48,008 nt of DNA from an uncultured Acidiferrobacteraceae bacterium (GTDB lineage Bacteria; Pseudomonadota; Gammaproteobacteria; Arenicellales; UBA868). The notes beneath the pieces were generated by a model. It saw only the letters and a list, made by a program, of their open reading frames with translations. It had not been told where the DNA came from and searched no databases. This document shows, piece after piece, positions 42,786 to 48,008 of this stretch (position 1 is the first letter of the stretch; every line of letters starts with the position of its first letter). The position numbers were made by a program, and so were the translations under genes. Where the stretch lies: NCBI GenBank assembly GCA_913031305.1, contig CAJWEF010000001.1, forward strand, positions 1-48,008, read 5' to 3'.

Positions 42786-44021
42786 ATGCGGCGAGGAATG
42801 AATGCAATGACTGCGGATTCTAACGGAATTATCTGGCGAAAAGGTATGCTGAGCGCTTTGAAACAGCGCCCTGCAGGGCGGCTCTTTGTGCAATGGTTTG
42901 TGTTTTGCATGCTTGTGCTCGGGTCAGTATGCGCTCCGGTCCAGGCAGAGCGCCTTTTGCCGCCACTCTATACAGTCGAGAACGGTGATACTCTTTGGAG
43001 CATCGCTGCGCGGCTGTGGGGGGATCCATTGCGGTGGCCTGAACTACTGGCGCGAAATCCGCAATTGATCGAACGCGGTGAACTGGTGCCCGGCGAAACC
43101 CTTGTTATTTCACCGCAAGATGAAGATGCTGCGGCGCAGTTCAAAGTGCTGGCTGTTGAGAAGCGCAGTCCGGCAATACGCATCGAGGCACCAGCGCGAG
43201 TACCAGCCGTAATTCCTCCGGATGCGATTACACCGTTTCTTAGCTACCCGTTACTGATGGATGAGGTAGACCCCGCGGTTGCCGGTCGTGTCATTAGTGG
43301 TCTAGATGGCGACGTTTTGTTGGGCCAGTTCAGTGGTTTTTATGCTCAGAGTCTGCCGACATCAGCAACGGGGTTGTACACGATTTTTCGCCCGGACCGC
43401 GCATTGACGCATCCAGTCAGCGGGGAGGAATTGGGGGTGACGGCTCAATATCTGGGTACAGCTCGGTTGGATGAGCCTGGTGATGTCGCCCGATTGACCA
43501 TTGTCAGCAGTGTTGAAGAGGTGAGCCCTGGTGATCGATTGATTTCTAGACAGGAAGTGATTGGTTTGCCGTATCTTTATCCAAAGGTACCGCGGGTTGC
43601 CGTGGACGCACATGTCGTCAGCACTTTTGGTGCGATCAGCGGAGCAGGGTTATTTTCGGTTGTCGTGATATCTGCCGGGAGTCAGGATGGGTTGACTCCC
43701 GGAGATATTCTCATGGTGGTGCACCCGGATAGGACTTTATTGCTGACCCGAGATATTGTTCGGCCAGCGGTTAGTGCTGATCGCTGCACCTTGCCCACGG
43801 TTGCCATGAGCACGGTGCATGCACGGCTGCTGGGTTGCGCCGAACGCTTGCCGGGTAAGCGACGCCTGGCCAGCGGCGAGGCAGAATTGATTGCTCTGCC
43901 CGAGGGACGTTCCGGTGAATTGCTGGTCTTTCGGGTTTTTGATCGAGTGAGTTACGCACTGGTCCGCGACGTTGAGCGCGCGATCCAGCTCAGCGATAGG
44001 GTAGTGAACCCCGGTATCTGA
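42786..44021 (+). CDS. LysM peptidoglycan-binding protein, TsaP-like
   Basis: Signal peptide, YTVENGDTLWSIA...WPEL...NPQ LysM domain, C-terminal VFRVFDRVSYALV; between def and dprA; start likely downstream of 42786. Confidence 0.82.
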   Translation: MRRGMNAMTADSNGIIWRKGMLSALKQRPAGRLFVQWFVFCMLVLGSVCAPVQAERLLPPLYTVENGDTLWSIAARLWGDPLRWPELLARNPQLIERGELVPGETLVISPQDEDAAAQFKVLAVEKRSPAIRIEAPARVPAVIPPDAITPFLSYPLLMDEVDPAVAGRVISGLDGDVLLGQFSGFYAQSLPTSATGLYTIFRPDRALTHPVSGEELGVTAQYLGTARLDEPGDVARLTIVSSVEEVSPGDRLISRQEVIGLPYLYPKVPRVAVDAHVVSTFGAISGAGLFSVVVISAGSQDGLTPGDILMVVHPDRTLLLTRDIVRPAVSADRCTLPTVAMSTVHARLLGCAERLPGKRRLASGEAELIALPEGRSGELLVFRVFDRVSYALVRDVERAIQLSDRVVNPGI

Positions 44022-44028
44022 CATTTTC

Positions 44029-44104
44029 GCCGGGGCATGGAAGCACCCGGCAAGCATAAGCGGACTGGTTTTCGCTGTTGCTGATTACAAGGCCAAGGAG
44101 GGCC
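44029..44104 (+). promoter_or_regulatory. Two ANGGA-loop hairpins (candidate CsrA/RsmA sites) in the dprA leader
   Basis: gccggg-gc-ATGGAA-gc-a-cccggc (44029-44051) and ggcc-AAGGAG-ggcc (44091-44104), the latter being the RBS. Confidence 0.55.
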
Positions 44105-44108
44105 AATT

Positions 44109-45188
44109 ATGGACGAAAGAAATTTAGCCTGGCTGCGTATTGGACGCGCAACTCTCCCCGAAAGTATCAAGCGGGTTGTGCTCCAGCATTTTCCTGACCC
44201 CCTCGAAGCGCTCAGCGCTGACTTATCGGTTTTGCCCAGGCAGAACTGGTCGCGTTCTGGGTCAAGGTTGACACTTGGCGGCCGCAGTAGCGAGCGGTTG
44301 GTGGCGCAGGACGCAAAATGGCTTGCCAGCCCAGGACATTCGGTGATCGGCCTGACTGATCCGAAATTTCCTGCGTTGTTGCGCGAAATCTCTTGCCCGC
44401 CCGTGGTGCTCTATTGCACCGGCAATGAATCCTTACTGCAAGGTCCGGCACTCGCGATTGTCGGCAGTCGAAATCCGACCCCGGCGGGGGTTGAAACCGC
44501 CCATGATTTTGCCAGTGAGCTTGCAACGATTGGGGTTGTAGTTGCGAGCGGACTTGCACTTGGGATTGATAGCGCTGCCCACCGCGGCGCTCTAAAGGTT
44601 CGCGGCCCAACGATTGCCGCGTGTGCCACGGGTCTGGATATCGTTTACCCTCGATGTCACCGTGACCTTGCCCATCAGATCTCGGAAGGTGGCCTGGTAG
44701 TTTCAGAATTTGTACTTGGCACCGGCGTCCGGCGACACCATTTTCCCCAGCGCAACCGACTTATTAGTGGGCTGAGCCTGGGTACGCTGATCGTTGAGGC
44801 GGCGCCAGGAAGCGGTAGCCTGATTACTGCCGGTTTTGCTGCTGATCAGGGTCGTGAGGTGTTTGCGGTTCCTGGCTCGATCAATTCACCGCTCTCCCGT
44901 GGGCCTCACCAGTTGATCCGTGACGGCGCCCAATTGGTGGAGTCGGCGCGGCAGATTGTTGAGCATCTGTCACTGTCGAAAGAGGTGCAAGAAATCGTGA
45001 AACCTGCAGGAAAACAGCCATTCTGGTGCACCCTGGCCCTTGACGTTGTGGACTTTGCTCCCACCAGTGTCAACCAGGTTGCCCAGCGGTCAGGTTTGAC
45101 GATCAGCGAGGTTTGCGCCATGCTGATAAGGATGGAGTTGGCAGGCCTGGTACGCAGTTGTGCAGGCGGGTATTTGCGTTTGCGTTGA
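44109..45188 (+). CDS. dprA: DNA-processing protein DprA
   Basis: AIVGSRNPT, SGLALGIDSAAH, FPQRNRLISG, SGSLITA, QGREVFAVPG. Confidence 0.96.
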   Translation: MDERNLAWLRIGRATLPESIKRVVLQHFPDPLEALSADLSVLPRQNWSRSGSRLTLGGRSSERLVAQDAKWLASPGHSVIGLTDPKFPALLREISCPPVVLYCTGNESLLQGPALAIVGSRNPTPAGVETAHDFASELATIGVVVASGLALGIDSAAHRGALKVRGPTIAACATGLDIVYPRCHRDLAHQISEGGLVVSEFVLGTGVRRHHFPQRNRLISGLSLGTLIVEAAPGSGSLITAGFAADQGREVFAVPGSINSPLSRGPHQLIRDGAQLVESARQIVEHLSLSKEVQEIVKPAGKQPFWCTLALDVVDFAPTSVNQVAQRSGLTISEVCAMLIRMELAGLVRSCAGGYLRLR

Positions 45189-45207
45189 GTTTGGCTTCGA
45201 AAAACCA

Positions 45208-45236
45208 TCAGCGAGCACTGACTCAGTGATCGCTGA
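45208..45236. terminator. Hairpin downstream of dprA, possible terminator
   Basis: tcagcga-g-cactg-act-cagtg-a-tcgctga; no clear plus-strand U-tail. Confidence 0.35.
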
Positions 45237-45378
45237 AAGGCTGCCATGGGTGGGCCTAATCCTGGTTCGGTAATTCGGAGTTGAGAGCCGATATGCCATG
45301 ATCTGATAGTTGCGACAGGTTCGAGTGGTGAGTCGACTAAACGGGAATTCACGGTTTCAGTAAACGAGTTTGATATTT

Positions 45379-48008
45379 ATGGGCAGGTCTTTAGTCATTG
45401 TCGAGTCGCCGGCCAAGGCGAAAACCATCAATAAGTACTTAGGCCGCGAATACGTGGTCAGATCAAGCGTTGGCCACGTTCGTGATTTGCCAGTCAGTGG
45501 TTCGAAAAAAAAGGCAGACCCCAAAGAGCGCGCGCGCCAAGCGGCGAAAACCAGAAAAATGTCACCGGCTGTCAAGGCGCGTTACCGCAAGAAAAAGACC
45601 TATAGTAATCTGGTCAAGAGTATGGGGGTAGACCCGCAGAATAACTGGGAAGCGAACTATCAGATTCTGCCCGATAAGATCAAGGTGGTCTCTGAGTTGC
45701 AAAAACTCGCAGTTGTTGCCGATTCAATCTATCTTGCCACTGATTTGGATCGCGAGGGCGAAGCGATCGCCTGGCATCTCAAAGAAGTGATTGGCGGTGA
45801 TCCACAGCGTTATCGACGGGTAGTTTTTAATGAAATTACACGCCAGGCAATTCATGAGGCCTTTGAGCATCCAGGCACGCTCGACAATCATAAAGTAGAG
45901 GCGCAGCAGACCCGTCGTTTCCTTGATCGCGTGGTTGGATTTATGCTTTCGCCGTTGCTTTGGGCGAAAATCGCCCGCGGGCTGTCTGCTGGTCGGGTGC
46001 AGTCAGTTACAGTCAGTTTGTTGGTTGAGCGTGAGCGCGAAATTCGCGCCTTTGTACCGGAAGAGTACTGGGAAGTATTTGCTGATACTGAATGTGTCGA
46101 AGGACCACTTCGCCTGCAGGTGGTTAAGCAGGGTGGCGAGAATTTCCGCCCTCAGAACCAAACCCAGACCCAGGCCGCACTGGCGGATTTAGCCCAGAAC
46201 CCATACCAGGTATCAGATCGCACAGACAGGCCGACTCAGTCACGGCCCAACCCGCCGCTGATCACCTCTACTTTGCAGCAGGCGGCGAGCACCCGACTGG
46301 GTTTTTCTGTAAAGAAGACCATGATGCTGGCCCAGCGATTGTACGAAGCTGGCTTAATCACCTACATGCGTACCGATTCCACCAACTTGAGCGCTGATGC
46401 GTTATCAAGTTGTCGGCAGCACATCCATGACCAATTCGGCGAGAAATATTTGCCTGCTTCGGCGAATGTTTATGCCAGTAAAGCTGGGGCGCAGGAGGCT
46501 CACGAAGCGATTCGACCGACTGATGTGCGCCAACGTGGGAGCAATCTTTCGCTGGAGGCTGATCAGCAACGCCTGTATGACCTGATACGCAATTATTTTG
46601 TTGCCTGCCAGATGACCCATGCCCAGTACCTGAGTTCAACCCTGACGGCCACTTGTGGTGATTTCGAACTGCGGGCCCGGGGGCGGATTCTGGTTTTTGA
46701 CGGCCACACCCGTGCTTTACCGCCGGCTGGCAAGCAGGAAAATATAGAACTGCCAGATATCCCCAAGGGGCGTCGGCTGACTCTGAAGCAGCTCGAGCCA
46801 GTGCAGAATTTCACCAAACCCCCGGCACGTTTTACCGAGGCCAGCCTGGTAAAGGAGCTCGAAAAACGTGGCATTGGCCGCCCTTCGACCTATGCGTCGA
46901 TTATCTCGACGATCCAGGACCGCGGCTATGCCCGGCTTGCCAATCGGCGGTTTTATGCGCAGAAGATGGGTGAGATTGTTACTGACCGGTTGCGTGAGAA
47001 CTTCAGCGAACTGATGGATTACGGGTTTACAGCTGAAATGGAAGAGACCCTTGATGAGATCGCCGCTGGCAAAAAAGACTGGAAGAACGTCCTGAATGGG
47101 TTTTATGACAACTTCACTCAGAAACTGGATGCGGCCAATGGCGAAGGCGAGGGAAAAACAGCCGTTGGAGGCATGCGGGCGAATCTACCCACAGATACAG
47201 ATATTCCGTGCCCGACTTGCGCTCGACATATGCAGATACGCAATGGGGCAACCGGTGTATTCCTGGGTTGCTCAGGCTACGGTCTGGCGCCCAAGGAACG
47301 CTGTACCCAGACCTTAAACCTTGTCTCCGGAGATGATGTTGAGGATGCGAGTCTCGATGAGGATGCCGAGGTGCAACGACTGGTCCGCACGCGTCGCTGC
47401 GAGGTTTGTCATAGCGCCATGGAAGCTTACCTGATCGACAAAGACCACAAGTTGCACATTTGCGGTAATAACCCCGACTGTTCTGGCTACGCGATAGAGG
47501 AGGGGGAATTTAAGCTGAAAGGCTACGATGGCCCGGTGCTTGAATGTGAGAAGTGCGGGGCTGAAATGCAACTGAAGACTGGCCGTTTTGGCAAGTATTT
47601 CGGCTGCACCGGTGAGGATTGTAAGAACACCCGAAAACTGCTGAGAAATGGTGAGCCGGCTCCGCCTCGGGCGGACCCCATACCTATGCCGCATTTACCG
47701 TGTAAAAAAGTTGATGATTTTTACCTGTTGCGCGATGGTGCTTCAGGCATTTTTCTGGCGGCCAGCCAGTTTCCCCGAAATCGCGAAACCCGTGCCCCGT
47801 TGGTCGAGGAGATACTCACCGTTAAGGATGAACTCGACCCTAAGCACCGTTATTTGGCGAGTGCCCCGGTGAGCGATCCGGATGGAAACAAGGCTCAGGT
47901 CCGTTATAGCCGCAAGGCCCGGGAGCAGTACGTGATGACCGAGGTGGATGGCAAGGCCACGGGCTGGAAAGCGATATGTCCCGACCGCGACGGACAATGG
48001 CTGGTCGA
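45379..48008 (+). CDS. topA: DNA topoisomerase I, truncated by window end
   Basis: Hand translation (absent from ORF track): [43 protein letters not shown] catalytic Tyr, zinc ribbons, C-terminal DGKATGW in the same frame. Confidence 0.96.
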   Translation, partial: MGRSLVIVESPAKAKTINKYLGREYVVRSSVGHVRDLPVSGSKKKADPKERARQAAKTRKMSPAVKARYRKKKTYSNLVKSMGVDPQNNWEANYQILPDKIKVVSELQKLAVVADSIYLATDLDREGEAIAWHLKEVIGGDPQRYRRVVFNEITRQAIHEAFEHPGTLDNHKVEAQQTRRFLDRVVGFMLSPLLWAKIARGLSAGRVQSVTVSLLVEREREIRAFVPEEYWEVFADTECVEGPLRLQVVKQGGENFRPQNQTQTQAALADLAQNPYQVSDRTDRPTQSRPNPPLITSTLQQAASTRLGFSVKKTMMLAQRLYEAGLITYMRTDSTNLSADALSSCRQHIHDQFGEKYLPASANVYASKAGAQEAHEAIRPTDVRQRGSNLSLEADQQRLYDLIRNYFVACQMTHAQYLSSTLTATCGDFELRARGRILVFDGHTRALPPAGKQENIELPDIPKGRRLTLKQLEPVQNFTKPPARFTEASLVKELEKRGIGRPSTYASIISTIQDRGYARLANRRFYAQKMGEIVTDRLRENFSELMDYGFTAEMEETLDEIAAGKKDWKNVLNGFYDNFTQKLDAANGEGEGKTAVGGMRANLPTDTDIPCPTCARHMQIRNGATGVFLGCSGYGLAPKERCTQTLNLVSGDDVEDASLDEDAEVQRLVRTRRCEVCHSAMEAYLIDKDHKLHICGNNPDCSGYAIEEGEFKLKGYDGPVLECEKCGAEMQLKTGRFGKYFGCTGEDCKNTRKLLRNGEPAPPRADPIPMPHLPCKKVDDFYLLRDGASGIFLAASQFPRNRETRAPLVEEILTVKDELDPKHRYLASAPVSDPDGNKAQVRYSRKAREQYVMTEVDGKATGWKAICPDRDGQWLV

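Noticed and set aside
45357-47997. Many short ORFs suggesting a gene-poor or pseudogene region
   Set aside because: All lie within topA, which the track omitted because its stop codon is beyond the window

Overview
48 kb of core chromosome from a moderately GC-rich Gammaproteobacterium. This assignment is inferred from gene order such as def-fmt-rsmB-DUF4390-ntrYX-trkAH, rsmD/ftsY/rpoH, LysM-dprA-topA and comF/bioC; the exact taxon cannot be fixed from the sequence. The window holds a partial comF, bioC, an aa3-type cytochrome c oxidase cluster (coxB-coxA-small ORF-ctaG-coxC, DUF2909, SURF1, cyoE) with no heme A synthase at the usual position, and purB-pseudouridine synthase-pyrD. It also holds several transporters, a LiuR-type MerR regulator divergent from icmF (B12-dependent isobutyryl-CoA mutase fused to a GTPase), an isolated FabD-like acyltransferase, alkA-like glycosylase, coaD, rsmD, ftsY, rpoH, argF/argG, LPS genes, trkAH, ntrYX, rsmB, fmt, def, LysM/TsaP-like protein, dprA and a partial topA. 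I saw no phage, IS, CRISPR, tRNA or rRNA. The most interesting signals are non-coding. The best is a complete unannotated ~85-nt sRNA gene candidate at 22765-22883 (-), with a near-consensus sigma70 promoter, a UCCUCCUCCUU anti-Shine-Dalgarno motif, a TGC-N3-GCA palindrome and a perfect terminator. Others are a 41-bp tandem duplication carrying FNR-type boxes upstream of cox, a perfect CIRCE before rpoH, a promoter-proximal terminator before argF, a LiuR operator spanning two divergent -35 elements, and CsrA-type hairpins before dprA. All calls come from reading the sequence and recalled family motifs; no database search was run.
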